A stretch of 64,000 nucleotides of DNA from a virus (taxonomy: Duplodnaviria; Caudoviricetes). Positions 43,806 through 53,121 of this stretch are shown here, piece by piece. Made by a program: the position numbers and the translations under genes. The notes beneath the pieces were generated by a model. It saw nothing but the letters and a program-made list of their open reading frames with translations. It was not told the origin of the DNA and did not search any database. Position 1 is the first letter of the stretch; the number at the start of each line of letters is the position of its first letter. The DNA lies in the IMG/VR virus record IMGVR_UViG_2974626280_000001, positions 1 through 64,000 of that record, one strand, 5' to 3'.

Positions 43806-43941
43806 CACAGTCTCCTTCGCAGTAAACAGGGTTGGCGTCAGGCTCGTTACAATCCCAGCTTGACTCTTTAGCGTTAGGGCAATGGAGAGGGAATGAATAT
43901 CCATCACCTTCCATCGTCTCACCACATTTCTTGCAGATCAT
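43789..43941 (-). CDS. Small Cys-rich protein (50 aa, absent from ORF track)
   Basis: Manual translation MICKKCGETMEGDGYSFPLHCPNAKESSWDCNEPDANPVYCEGDCDESND; GGAG RBS; promoter TTGCCT-N17-CATACT. Confidence 0.7.
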   Translation of the reverse strand: MICKKCGETMEGDGYSFPLHCPNAKESSWDCNEPDANPVYCEGDCDESND

Positions 43942-44008
43942 GTTGATCTCCTTAGTTGGTAAAGTAAGTATGCCTCACAATCCTTCGTAAGGCAAGCTAT
44001 TTAGTGAA

Positions 44009-45535
44009 TTAAAGTTTCTTACCGTCAAGCAAGTGCGCGGCAACCTGAGACTTCATCGAAAGGTTACGGTGAATCTCTTCGTCAATCGAGTCTTCCGCAA
44101 CAAAGTCGACGTAGAGGACACTGTTCTTTGTGCCGATTCGGTGGTTGCGGTCTTCTGATTGCATGCGCAACTCGTTATCGTAGCCGATACTGAAGAAAAT
44201 GGCCAAATCAGCGGCTGTAAGCGTAAGGCCGATACCCATTGCCGCAGGTTGTCCGACGATACATTGGATGCCACCTTTTTCAACGGTGTTTCCCTGGAAG
44301 TCATCAATGATGAAATCGCGCTGCGTCTGCTTGGTGTCGCCGTTATAGACGGCAGTTGGTACGCCTTCAGATTCCAGCCATTCTTGCAGCTGGCGCATCT
44401 CTTCCTTGTACATAGCCCAAACGATGAACTTGCGCTCAGGCTCTTCTTCCAGCATGCCGCGCACGTAATCTTTAAATGCTTTCATTCGCGGGTTATCTTC
44501 CGGCGCTAATAGCTGGACTTCGCCATCAACGATAATATATCCAGAAGTAATCTGTTTCATTTTAGTACGCGCGGCAATAAGCTCAAACTGAACGTTTTCT
44601 TTCTCACCCTGATATTCCAACAGGTAAGTTAATTCCCGGTCAAGTTCGTCATAAATATCGCGCTGCTTCGGCGTCATTTCAAAGTTAATAAACTTGTAAA
44701 CCTTATCCGGCAAATTAGGAAGATATTCCGCCTTTGTCGCACGGAATGAATGAGGCTCAAGCATGCGTTTAAGTTTGTCCAAGTTCTTATACATTGGACG
44801 TCCGTGCTCATCCTTTTTAGGCACCTGTGGAATGCCATAAGTTTTCCCACCAAGCTTATGGAGAATAGCCTGCATTTCAGGGTCGCCAGCTTCCAGCAAT
44901 ACGGTATATTCAGCATTAAAAGCGCGGAATGACTTGGTGCCCAGAATACCTTCTTTCAGGAAGTGGAATTGCATGTACAGGTCGGATGGAGAGCGCGGCA
45001 GAGGCGTACCCGAAAGGATTCGCCGCGCCTTTGCTTTCCGCCCCAGCTCAACGACCTTTATAGAGCGTTTCGCTGTGTTATTCTTGATGCGGGTCGACTC
45101 GTCGATGGCCATCAGGCAGTCGTACGTCGTTAGCACCTTTTCGATATGGGCATAGCCAGCGGGCGTGTTTACCGTATCGATGTTGAAGGTGAAGATTCGC
45201 AATGGCACCTGGCCTTCAGGGTAATGGTCGGCAAACATCTTTTCCCACTCAGCCTTTCCCTTTTTGGTCTTGATGCGGTCGTTTCCTTTCCAATAATAGC
45301 CGATATAAGGCACTTCCAGGTGCGCAGGGCATTCGCGGCGAATCCAGTTACTATGGACGCCGTTCGGAGCTATTACCACGATGCACTCAATCAACTTGCC
45401 CTGATATAAGCGCTCACCATCGGCTAATAATTCCCATGTCTTTCCAAGACCCTGCTCAAATAAAAAAGCGAAGTTTCTTTTTCCATAACTTTTTTCAAGA
45501 GCCAGCGATTGGTGCAGCATCGGTTTTGTTTTCAT
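44009..45535 (-). CDS. SNF2-family (SF2) helicase
   Basis: FEQGLGKT, DEST, LSGTP and QSEDRNHRIG motifs; start MKTKP. Confidence 0.9.
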   Translation of the reverse strand: MKTKPMLHQSLALEKSYGKRNFAFLFEQGLGKTWELLADGERLYQGKLIECIVVIAPNGVHSNWIRRECPAHLEVPYIGYYWKGNDRIKTKKGKAEWEKMFADHYPEGQVPLRIFTFNIDTVNTPAGYAHIEKVLTTYDCLMAIDESTRIKNNTAKRSIKVVELGRKAKARRILSGTPLPRSPSDLYMQFHFLKEGILGTKSFRAFNAEYTVLLEAGDPEMQAILHKLGGKTYGIPQVPKKDEHGRPMYKNLDKLKRMLEPHSFRATKAEYLPNLPDKVYKFINFEMTPKQRDIYDELDRELTYLLEYQGEKENVQFELIAARTKMKQITSGYIIVDGEVQLLAPEDNPRMKAFKDYVRGMLEEEPERKFIVWAMYKEEMRQLQEWLESEGVPTAVYNGDTKQTQRDFIIDDFQGNTVEKGGIQCIVGQPAAMGIGLTLTAADLAIFFSIGYDNELRMQSEDRNHRIGTKNSVLYVDFVAEDSIDEEIHRNLSMKSQVAAHLLDGKKL

Positions 45536-45939
45536 AACTTCTCCAAATAGCTTACTATCGGCTCTTTGCCGATAATTAATGTGGCCATAGACAATAACTC
45601 GTCTTTGGTCATTGAGTCCAGAGGGTGCGACGGATTTAATAATATAAAGTCGTTTGCGACCCGAATCAATACGAATGCGTGACCTTTCCAGTCGCGGCAT
45701 TGTCTGGCGAATCCGAGTTGGCCGCGCTCGAATTTACCGCGCAAAGGAAGAGTAGAGGCCCGTTTGGGCCAATCCTCCAGGTACTTGTTTTCGAGCCAGA
45801 ACATAGTGCCGTTGCGGTTTTGCCCGATGGTGTCGGGCATCGCTTCAGCTATGCTGTTCTCAATCCTCTTCAGGATCAGTTTCCGGCCCGCTGCTTTCTT
45901 CATCGGTTCGTACGTCTTCTTTTGTTCTGTCGTCGGCAT
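45532..45939 (-). CDS. PD-(D/E)xK nuclease (RecU/VRR-NUC-like)
   Basis: RIEN...MPD...FWLENK motif. Confidence 0.7.
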   Translation of the reverse strand: MPTTEQKKTYEPMKKAAGRKLILKRIENSIAEAMPDTIGQNRNGTMFWLENKYLEDWPKRASTLPLRGKFERGQLGFARQCRDWKGHAFVLIRVANDFILLNPSHPLDSMTKDELLSMATLIIGKEPIVSYLEKL

Positions 45940-48871
45940 GGCTTAGCACCCTTATGTTGTTGATAAAGAACATATCCAGACCGGAGAGTTTGAGCGCATT
46001 CATCATCACCCAAGAGCCTTTTGGCACGTTCTCTGCAATGTTACGACCCAGCCTTTCATAGTCCTGCTCTTTGATACGGAAGCGCATCGGCGAATCGCTC
46101 GAATCGTCAACGCACATAATATCGATGAACGCGGTTGGCCCTTCAATCCGTCCATCAGGTAAGTGATTCTTTTTAAGCACTTCTATGCCGCGCCTGTTAT
46201 CCCAGCGGGTGATACCCTTTTCCAGACGCTTTTTGATGCGAATCGGTTCGTTTTGGTCTGCAACGATTTTCTTAGTTATCTTGCCGATTACCAAGCCAAC
46301 TTCGCCGTCTTTAACGTCGCGCATATTCTCAGGCAGCACTTCTTTGGTACGCATCAGCGGCTTGCCATAATCCCACATCGGCTTACCATTACTGTCTTTA
46401 CGCTGCACCTTGATTAAAGTAGGCTTCTCATAGAGATGGCCGAACCGGGTGTGGGCCTCGTTAAGGTCGTTATACAGAACCTCTGCTTTCATCAGGCGGT
46501 CTTTATCGGCCTGAGTCAATACGCCGCGATTACGCTTATCGACGTACATGGCAGCCTTAGCAGGGCCATAACCTTTGGCGTTCATGATACCGCCTACCAG
46601 ACGACCGTCAGACGAAATGGTCCAGTTCATTTCGCTGTGATCAGGGTCAAGCGCGGTATAGTTAATTCCCTCTTTAGCCAGTTCACGAAGAATCGCAATG
46701 GTTTGCGTCTCATCTTTCGCTGCACGTAAACAGGCTGCGGCAAACTGTAGAGGGAAATAGCGCTTCAGGTAACAGGTCCAGTAGGTGATGATAGCGTATG
46801 ATACGGAGTGAGACTTGTTAAAGCCCCATGAACCGAATGTAACCATCTCACGCCAAATCTTTTCAGCCTGGTCCTTTGGTACGCCAGACTCAACCGCGCC
46901 GCGCACGAAGTCTTCACCCTGTTGGTTGAAGTATTCCTCACCTTTACGACCAGACATCGCCTTACGAACCGCAGAAGTCTTAACCCAGTCAAAGAGGCCA
47001 ATCTCTTTAACCACGGCCATGATCTGTTCCTGGTACAGGAATACACCGAATGTTTCGTCAAGATACGCCTTCAGCTGCGGCACGTCATAGACAACCTCTT
47101 CATCGCCTTTAGAGCGTGCGATATACTTCTGAGCCATACCGGATGCGAGCGGGCCGGGCCGCGCAAGTGCTGTCAGGTTATCGATTTTACTGAAGCGGTC
47201 GATATTAACGAAGCGGGCAACAGAGCGGACGGCGTCGCCCTCAAACTGGAAAATCCCTGACATCTTGTCCTCGTTCAGGACATCTAAAACGCTTTGATCA
47301 TCAAGGGTTAGCGAGTAGAGTTGTTCGATAGTTACCGCTCCAGTGTCGCCAATTATTCCAAGCGTACGCAGCCCAAGGGCATCGATTTTCAACAGGTCGA
47401 GATACTCGGAATCAGGCTTATCTATCTGAGCAATACCTTCCGCCGTAACGGTGCAATAATCTGATATCGGGTCATTACAGACGAGAATACCAGCAGCGTG
47501 AACGCCAGTGTGAGAAGGGTGAATCTCAAGGTCGCCCATGCAACGCGCGGCTTCAGGATATTGCTCAGAGAAGAGCTTGCCCGGTGTGGTCGTCGTCATT
47601 GTATCGTGCAGTCCTTTACCGTAACGCGCATCACCGGATGAATATTCAATCAGGGCGTTTTTGACGCTGTCTACAGCACCATAAGGAAGGCGAAAGCGCT
47701 TACTGACTACCGCCATCACGGAGTTAGCCTTGAGCGTGTTGATGTTACCCAGCTTTACGACGTTCTCTTTACCATACTTTTCTTGCAGGTAGTCGAACAC
47801 CATATAGCGTTTGGTATCCTCAAAGTCAATATCGATATCGGGTAAATCGGCGCGGCTGATATCGATAAAGCGCTGGAAAAGCAGCTTATGGGGCAGCGGG
47901 TCTACTTCGGTAATCTCCATGCAGTAGCACACCAGAGAGCCAGCAGACGAGCCGCGAGCGGGTCCAACGAGCATATGCTTTTTAGCGAACTTAACAAGGT
48001 CGGCAACCACCAGGAAGTAAGAATCAAATTTCTTGTTTTGAATCTGCTTGATTTCTTCCTGGAAACGGGCTTCATACTCCGGCGTCCACTCTTTGATGTG
48101 ACCCGCCTTTAAGCGGTACTCCATCCCCTCACGCGCCAGCGCTACCATATCACCATCGAGGTGAATAATTGGAGCCTTATTAAGAGCGCGGCCAGCAAGT
48201 GTTTCTGCCAGTCGAGTGGTTACGCCAATGGCGTCACAAAGCTCTTCATCGGTTGCAATACCTACCAAAGCAGATGTGTAGTCCTGCGCATCTTCAATAG
48301 TGCGCATACCTACAGATTCACGCGTTTCGAAAGCATAAGCAAAGTCTTTCTGCTCTTCTTTTGGAAGGTCGTTATATCCGGTGATGACCATTGGTTGCCC
48401 GGTTTCCCGGTGGGCCAATACGCCACGACGAGCGTGGAGCAACGACGACGGGTTGACGTCGATATAGTCGTACTGGTCAGGAGCCAGGAGAGCCAGCGCC
48501 CCGCCAGAGAATCGCACAACCCCTTCCAGCGCTCCGAACTCTTCAGGAGTCAGGCCGCCGTTCTGCACCGCTTTGGTGGTCGCGTTATAGAACTTGCGCA
48601 GGTCGTCTGCGAGAATCCAGGCCTTTGGACGGAAGCCAAGTCCCTGTAGACGCTCGTCGTCTACCTTGATTTGAATTTCCATCCCGAAGATGGGTTTTAT
48701 ATCGGCAGCCTTGCAGGCCTTTTCCCAGCGAACGTGACCCCAAGTATTGTTATCGACCATCGCGGCAATGGGGCAATTCAACTCTTTCAGCCGCGCAATG
48801 ATTTCGCCAGTACGGCCATAAACCTCTTTAAAGGTGTACGCGCTTCTTACGCGCAACTGAGGAAATGTCAT
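45860..48871 (-). CDS. dnaE: DNA polymerase III alpha-like (family C)
   Basis: GPARGSSAGSLVCY, LPDIDIDF, LLKIDALGL, VFLYQEQ and GFNKSH motifs. Confidence 0.95.
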   Translation of the reverse strand: MTFPQLRVRSAYTFKEVYGRTGEIIARLKELNCPIAAMVDNNTWGHVRWEKACKAADIKPIFGMEIQIKVDDERLQGLGFRPKAWILADDLRKFYNATTKAVQNGGLTPEEFGALEGVVRFSGGALALLAPDQYDYIDVNPSSLLHARRGVLAHRETGQPMVITGYNDLPKEEQKDFAYAFETRESVGMRTIEDAQDYTSALVGIATDEELCDAIGVTTRLAETLAGRALNKAPIIHLDGDMVALAREGMEYRLKAGHIKEWTPEYEARFQEEIKQIQNKKFDSYFLVVADLVKFAKKHMLVGPARGSSAGSLVCYCMEITEVDPLPHKLLFQRFIDISRADLPDIDIDFEDTKRYMVFDYLQEKYGKENVVKLGNINTLKANSVMAVVSKRFRLPYGAVDSVKNALIEYSSGDARYGKGLHDTMTTTTPGKLFSEQYPEAARCMGDLEIHPSHTGVHAAGILVCNDPISDYCTVTAEGIAQIDKPDSEYLDLLKIDALGLRTLGIIGDTGAVTIEQLYSLTLDDQSVLDVLNEDKMSGIFQFEGDAVRSVARFVNIDRFSKIDNLTALARPGPLASGMAQKYIARSKGDEEVVYDVPQLKAYLDETFGVFLYQEQIMAVVKEIGLFDWVKTSAVRKAMSGRKGEEYFNQQGEDFVRGAVESGVPKDQAEKIWREMVTFGSWGFNKSHSVSYAIITYWTCYLKRYFPLQFAAACLRAAKDETQTIAILRELAKEGINYTALDPDHSEMNWTISSDGRLVGGIMNAKGYGPAKAAMYVDKRNRGVLTQADKDRLMKAEVLYNDLNEAHTRFGHLYEKPTLIKVQRKDSNGKPMWDYGKPLMRTKEVLPENMRDVKDGEVGLVIGKITKKIVADQNEPIRIKKRLEKGITRWDNRRGIEVLKKNHLPDGRIEGPTAFIDIMCVDDSSDSPMRFRIKEQDYERLGRNIAENVPKGSWVMMNALKLSGLDMFFINNIRVLSHADDRTKEDVRTDEESSGPETDPEED

Positions 48872-48872
48872 G

Positions 48873-49415
48873 TTAATCTCCGAATATGTCGTAAACGCCT
48901 TGTGTCTGGCAAATTTTATGAAGCATCATGATATCGTCCAATGCCCTGTGCTTCTGAGTATACTTGCCTATAAACAATTCGTAAAGCTCTTGCAGCTTCA
49001 TCCTTCGACCGAATTGGGGATAGAATTGCTCAACGGTACATATTTGGATTTTAGGGAACTTCATGTCATCCAGCGTCAGGCCGATTCGACGCGCGGCATA
49101 GTCGATAATGTTTTTATCGAACGACATGTTGTGAGCAATAATGGCTTGGCCGCGACTGATGAAATCGGCTATCTGCTCATGCTGCTCTGCAAAGGTCTTG
49201 TTGACCTCAAGGTCTTCATTCGTCAACCCGGTGAGCTTTGTGATGATTTCTTCGATGATGATTTCAGGGTTGATAATCAATTCGAGGGTGTCGATGATTT
49301 CCTTTCCATCGGTAATGATTCCCGCGAATTCAATAGGGCGCGGCTGCAGGCCAAGCGGTGCCTGATGGTGAACGGTCAGGCCAGTGGTTTCGGTATCGAA
49401 TACGGTAAACAGCAT
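48873..49415 (-). CDS. dnaQ: DEDDh 3'-5' exonuclease (epsilon-like)
   Basis: DTETTG, AHNMSFD and HRALDD motifs. Confidence 0.88.
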   Translation of the reverse strand: MLFTVFDTETTGLTVHHQAPLGLQPRPIEFAGIITDGKEIIDTLELIINPEIIIEEIITKLTGLTNEDLEVNKTFAEQHEQIADFISRGQAIIAHNMSFDKNIIDYAARRIGLTLDDMKFPKIQICTVEQFYPQFGRRMKLQELYELFIGKYTQKHRALDDIMMLHKICQTQGVYDIFGD

Positions 49416-49429
49416 AATCTGCTCCTATG

Positions 49430-49453
49430 AAAAAGCGCCCAATCAAGGGCGCT
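49430..49453 (-). terminator. Intrinsic terminator after the VOC gene
   Basis: AGCGCCC-N6-GGGCGCT plus U-tract on the minus strand. Confidence 0.65.
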
Positions 49454-49470
49454 CTGTTAGCATCAACCAA

Positions 49471-50016
49471 TCAACCCTTTGCTGCTGTCACGGTTGGCTC
49501 AACATACGGCGTGTAATTGGTATTCAGGCGGACGATGAACTTGAGGTCAACGCCAAGCAGGTCGTAAGTGTCAAAGATTACGTAGTTGTAACGGCGCTCG
49601 TCTTTGATGGCTTCGTTGGTGTGGGTCTGCGTCATAACTTCTTGCGCAATCGCCACGCCTTTAGACGCGAAGTAAGCCCGGTAAGACAGCAACTCGTCAT
49701 TGGTGACGTGCATACCAAGGTGGCTTACACAATGCGGACGGTTCTCCAGCCAGTTGTTGCCTTTGGTGTAGTTAAGCACCTCCAGCTCCAGCGGCTTACC
49801 AGCTTCGACATCAGAGCCGCTGCCAGCCTGATAGTTGAAGTTCAGCTCTGCAATGTTAGTGCCGTTGGAGCCGTTAATCGCGCCAGTGGCGGTGACGACG
49901 TCCGTCACCCAACTGGTCAGGCCCAGGTCGCGTAGGATTTCAATGGCGACGTCGCTGTCAGGAGCGTTGAGAGCAATCTGCTGGATTTCGAATTTTTTCA
50001 CTTTAATCTTTTCCAT
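49471..50016 (-). CDS. VOC/glyoxalase-fold protein
   Basis: IQQIALNA, LELEVLNY, VSHLGMHV and DLKFI strands; start MEKIK after AAGGTG. Confidence 0.65.
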   Translation of the reverse strand: MEKIKVKKFEIQQIALNAPDSDVAIEILRDLGLTSWVTDVVTATGAINGSNGTNIAELNFNYQAGSGSDVEAGKPLELEVLNYTKGNNWLENRPHCVSHLGMHVTNDELLSYRAYFASKGVAIAQEVMTQTHTNEAIKDERRYNYVIFDTYDLLGVDLKFIVRLNTNYTPYVEPTVTAAKG

Positions 50017-50026
50017 TTTATTCACC

Positions 50027-50152
50027 TTAAATCTTGCAAGCGTCGCCGCAATCGTTATCGTCAGCGGACTCTTCAAATTCAACTTCTTTACGATTGTTGA
50101 CGCGCTCTACAGCTTCGTCAACGCCAGGGATTTCAAAATCGTCTTCGCCCAT
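50027..50152 (-). CDS. 41-aa acidic dithiol peptide resembling the ribonucleotide reductase R1 C-terminal tail (absent from ORF track)
   Basis: Manual translation MGEDDFEIPGVDEAVERVNNRKEVEFEESADDNDCGDACKI; AAGGT RBS; fills the SDR-VOC gap. Confidence 0.8.
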   Translation of the reverse strand: MGEDDFEIPGVDEAVERVNNRKEVEFEESADDNDCGDACKI

Positions 50153-50160
50153 AGTTTACC

Positions 50161-50838
50161 TTATTTACCGAAGGGGATGTCAGTACCAGACATGTACTTA
50201 TAGCTGCCTGATTCGATGAGGTGGCCGATGAATTCCGCGATGGACTCCGGCGGCGTTTCCAGACCGTGCATCAGAGCCTTGCGTTGGTACTCCGCAGCAA
50301 ACTCTGGCGTCCAGCCGCGAACCTTGCAGACGTTCTCTTCAATCTGCTTGGACATGCCAGTACCAGCCAGCTTGTTAGGGCTGATAGAGAACACCGTGAT
50401 GCCGTGCTTAGGCGTCAGTTCATGCGCCATCTGCTTAGTGATCATCAGACCCGCTGCTTTAGACGCGTTGTAAGCCAGGCTGGACGTCATAGGGATGTGC
50501 GCAGCGTTTGAAACGATGTTGATAACGAAGCCTTTCGACGCAATGAGTTGCGGCAGAACCGCCTGAGTCATAGCGACGAAAGAAAATGCGTTAACGTGCA
50601 TCACATGGTCGAACTGCTCAACACTTACTTCTTCAAACCACTCGTTGCGGTTGATACCGGCACAGTTGATCAGACCGTCGACTTTGTCGAGTTCACTTAC
50701 CCACTTTGGCGGGTCTTGAACAGTCTGGTTAGGAGCAACGTTGCGGTCAAATTCGATAACCTGAATTCCGTTGAACTCCAGGACAGAAGCGATTTCACGA
50801 CCTAAACCAGAAGAAGAGCCTGTTACGATAACTTTCAT
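50161..50838 (-). CDS. Classical short-chain dehydrogenase/reductase
   Basis: TGSSSGLG, NCAG and YNASK motifs. Confidence 0.9.
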   Translation of the reverse strand: MKVIVTGSSSGLGREIASVLEFNGIQVIEFDRNVAPNQTVQDPPKWVSELDKVDGLINCAGINRNEWFEEVSVEQFDHVMHVNAFSFVAMTQAVLPQLIASKGFVINIVSNAAHIPMTSSLAYNASKAAGLMITKQMAHELTPKHGITVFSISPNKLAGTGMSKQIEENVCKVRGWTPEFAAEYQRKALMHGLETPPESIAEFIGHLIESGSYKYMSGTDIPFGK

Positions 50839-50900
50839 TATTATTTCCCGTTCGTTTAAGATGAGATAAGAATACGCCCCTTTGGAAGAGGCGTCAACCT

Positions 50901-52001
50901 TTATTTGATTTTGATAGTGTGCGTATTAATCAGCGGCTCCAGCATCGCTGCATACACGGTTAAATCCAGAATCGAGTCCTGATGAGTCAGACCGCTGTTG
51001 GTGAAGCGCGTCAACTTAACAATAAGCAGCTCGAAGAGGTGCCACATGTTATAGTCTTCCTGCGTCTTCAACTCAACGCCATTCGGAAACAGCGCGGCCA
51101 TCACCTTACCGACGACCAGCGCGTTGTCTTTATAGACGGCGTTACGCTCACGGAACGTTGCGGCGGCTTCTTCCAGCACGTCAGCCGCGATACGGCCTGA
51201 CTTGTATTGGGCGCGAAGAGCATCGAGCGTGTCAACAGGTTGAGTTCGCTCCAGCTTCTCCGGGACTTCCACCGGGCGCACCGCCGCGCGGGTGTAGTAG
51301 TCGCCCAACTCGACGGCGCTGCAAGGGTATGCCAGAGTTGAGTCATCTGTTTCCTTCAACAGCGCCGCAATTAGAGGGTTAGTGGCGCAGCGCATTGTGG
51401 TGTGCGGCTTGAAGACGAAGTCGTGGCGTCCTTTGAATCTGACAGGGAACGCACTATCAACCTCTTGAGATTCGCCTTTGCGAATTTTCGCAATAATGTG
51501 CTCGTTGCCGCCAGCAATGACCATCTTTTTGGTCACCAGCCAAGGCTCAATAATAGCAGCATCAAATTCACGGTACATCTTAATAACGTCAGGGTGATCA
51601 TCGAATGCGATGATGTGCTCATACTCATGGCCAGGCATCAAAAGGAACTTTTCCAGCATCTGGCGCTTCAGCGTCGCACTTGGCACGCCGTCTTCGTGAT
51701 CAGCTCGCATAGCCAGAACTTTGTACTGGTCATCGGAAATACCGATAACATGATTCAACTGGTATTTGGTCACGCCAAAAATCCTCTGCGGCCTTGCGGT
51801 AAAAAAGGCGATATCCATGCCAGCCGCTAAGGCGTAGGCGACGAGGTGAGAGCCGATTGGCAGCGCCGTATCTTTAGCCATCTGCTCTTCAGAATGATAC
51901 GCGTCAAAGTTCCGATTAGCCCAGTCGATGAGCGGTACACGGTGGGAATCGTCGATAGTGCAGCCGTCAAGGTCAAAGATAGCCAGTGTTCTGTTAGTCA
52001 T
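50901..52001 (-). CDS. HAD phosphatase fused to a DUF6378-like all-alpha domain
   Basis: FDLDGCT, FTAR and FDDHPD motifs; C-terminal LEEAAATFRERNAVY...KLTRF...DSILDLTVYAAML. Confidence 0.75.
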   Translation of the reverse strand: MTNRTLAIFDLDGCTIDDSHRVPLIDWANRNFDAYHSEEQMAKDTALPIGSHLVAYALAAGMDIAFFTARPQRIFGVTKYQLNHVIGISDDQYKVLAMRADHEDGVPSATLKRQMLEKFLLMPGHEYEHIIAFDDHPDVIKMYREFDAAIIEPWLVTKKMVIAGGNEHIIAKIRKGESQEVDSAFPVRFKGRHDFVFKPHTTMRCATNPLIAALLKETDDSTLAYPCSAVELGDYYTRAAVRPVEVPEKLERTQPVDTLDALRAQYKSGRIAADVLEEAAATFRERNAVYKDNALVVGKVMAALFPNGVELKTQEDYNMWHLFELLIVKLTRFTNSGLTHQDSILDLTVYAAMLEPLINTHTIKIK

Positions 52002-52288
52002 TCTACACGCCCTATTGATTTAGAATATTGATAGTAAAAGTCAATCTTATTTAACTTTGCCATAATCTTATCTTCATTAGGCTCAAAGTTAAAGCCGAAT
52101 TTATCAGTCAGCAACGAAAGTACAGCAAACAAGTCTTGCACTTCATTTTGCAGACGTTCACGATTCGGCGGCGTGCTGTCGTTCATACGCTCATCAAGGC
52201 CGAAGCGGTCGCACTTGGAGCATTCCTGGGCTATCTCAGCACACTCTTCAGCAAGTAGCCCAAGAAGGAATTGATCACGTGTTTTCAT
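51998..52288 (-). CDS. MazG-like nucleotide pyrophosphohydrolase
   Basis: LAEECAEIAQ...NEVQDL (EExxE...ExxD). Confidence 0.75.
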   Translation of the reverse strand: MKTRDQFLLGLLAEECAEIAQECSKCDRFGLDERMNDSTPPNRERLQNEVQDLFAVLSLLTDKFGFNFEPNEDKIMAKLNKIDFYYQYSKSIGRVE

Positions 52289-53121
52289 CAGCCGCTCGAC
52301 TTGCCATTGTTGGCTACCGGGTTATTGGTCTGAACTTCAATATTCCAGAAGTCCTGTTTAAGTTTTGCTTTCTCCGCTTCCAGGTCCATCCACGGACGCC
52401 AGAAGGGGCAATGAGCCTTACCGTGGCGAGGGAAAGCGCACTGGCCAGTGGCTACGCAAGCGACTTGAAGCAGCGGCTCAGCCCACCAATGGACTTCGAG
52501 AATCAAGCGGCGCATCTCACGGAAAACCTCTTGGTACTCTCCTTGTGTACGCGTACAGAGGCGAGTCTTGGCGGTCTCAGAGAGCGTGCGCAGGTTGAAC
52601 TTCGCCTGAATACGTGTCGACATGTTAGACGGCATGATACCACGAGCGTCTTGCAGTTCGGCCCCTGCCGCGATAAGCTCGGCATACAGCGCGTCAATGG
52701 TCGCCATGCCATCGTCCCATAGTTCGGCACGATTTTGCTTGGCGCGAAGATTGTTGATTCGCTCCTCATCATTGGAGCTAAAAACATCCACTGTTTGATC
52801 AGGATTAAGGTGCTCAAACGCTTTCGGACGAACCGCATCAAACGCTGAAATTTCAAGTGCGCGGCTGGTTTCCTGCTGATAAGCTCCGGTGCGCGTTCTC
52901 ACCAATTGGTGAGTAAAGTTCTTGCTCACTCCAGAGATATCAAAAACGTAATCGACGAATTCAAACGGCGACTTGATGGTGTCCAGCATATACTTAAAGT
53001 GGTCTGCCTTCTCCTGCTCAGTCATAGTCTTTGGGTCAGCGCCGCGCATACGTGCGGACTTAGTACCCAGCAAAAGCTCCAGCGCGTTAGGAGTAACGCT
53101 AATAAGTTCAACTTTCATCAT
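52288..53121 (-). CDS. thyX: Divergent flavin-dependent thymidylate synthase (ThyX) homolog
   Basis: SPFEF, GVSKNFTHQLVRTR, QDARGIMP, NLRTL and RLCTRTQGE motifs, with non-canonical active-site residues. Confidence 0.8.
   Translation of the reverse strand: MMKVELISVTPNALELLLGTKSARMRGADPKTMTEQEKADHFKYMLDTIKSPFEFVDYVFDISGVSKNFTHQLVRTRTGAYQQETSRALEISAFDAVRPKAFEHLNPDQTVDVFSSNDEERINNLRAKQNRAELWDDGMATIDALYAELIAAGAELQDARGIMPSNMSTRIQAKFNLRTLSETAKTRLCTRTQGEYQEVFREMRRLILEVHWWAEPLLQVACVATGQCAFPRHGKAHCPFWRPWMDLEAEKAKLKQDFWNIEVQTNNPVANNGKSSG

Noticed and set aside
45860-48871. Intein, intron or homing endonuclease in dnaE (also checked for terL)
   Set aside because: Motifs are contiguous and lengths are normal; no LAGLIDADG, HNH or splice-junction signatures were seen.
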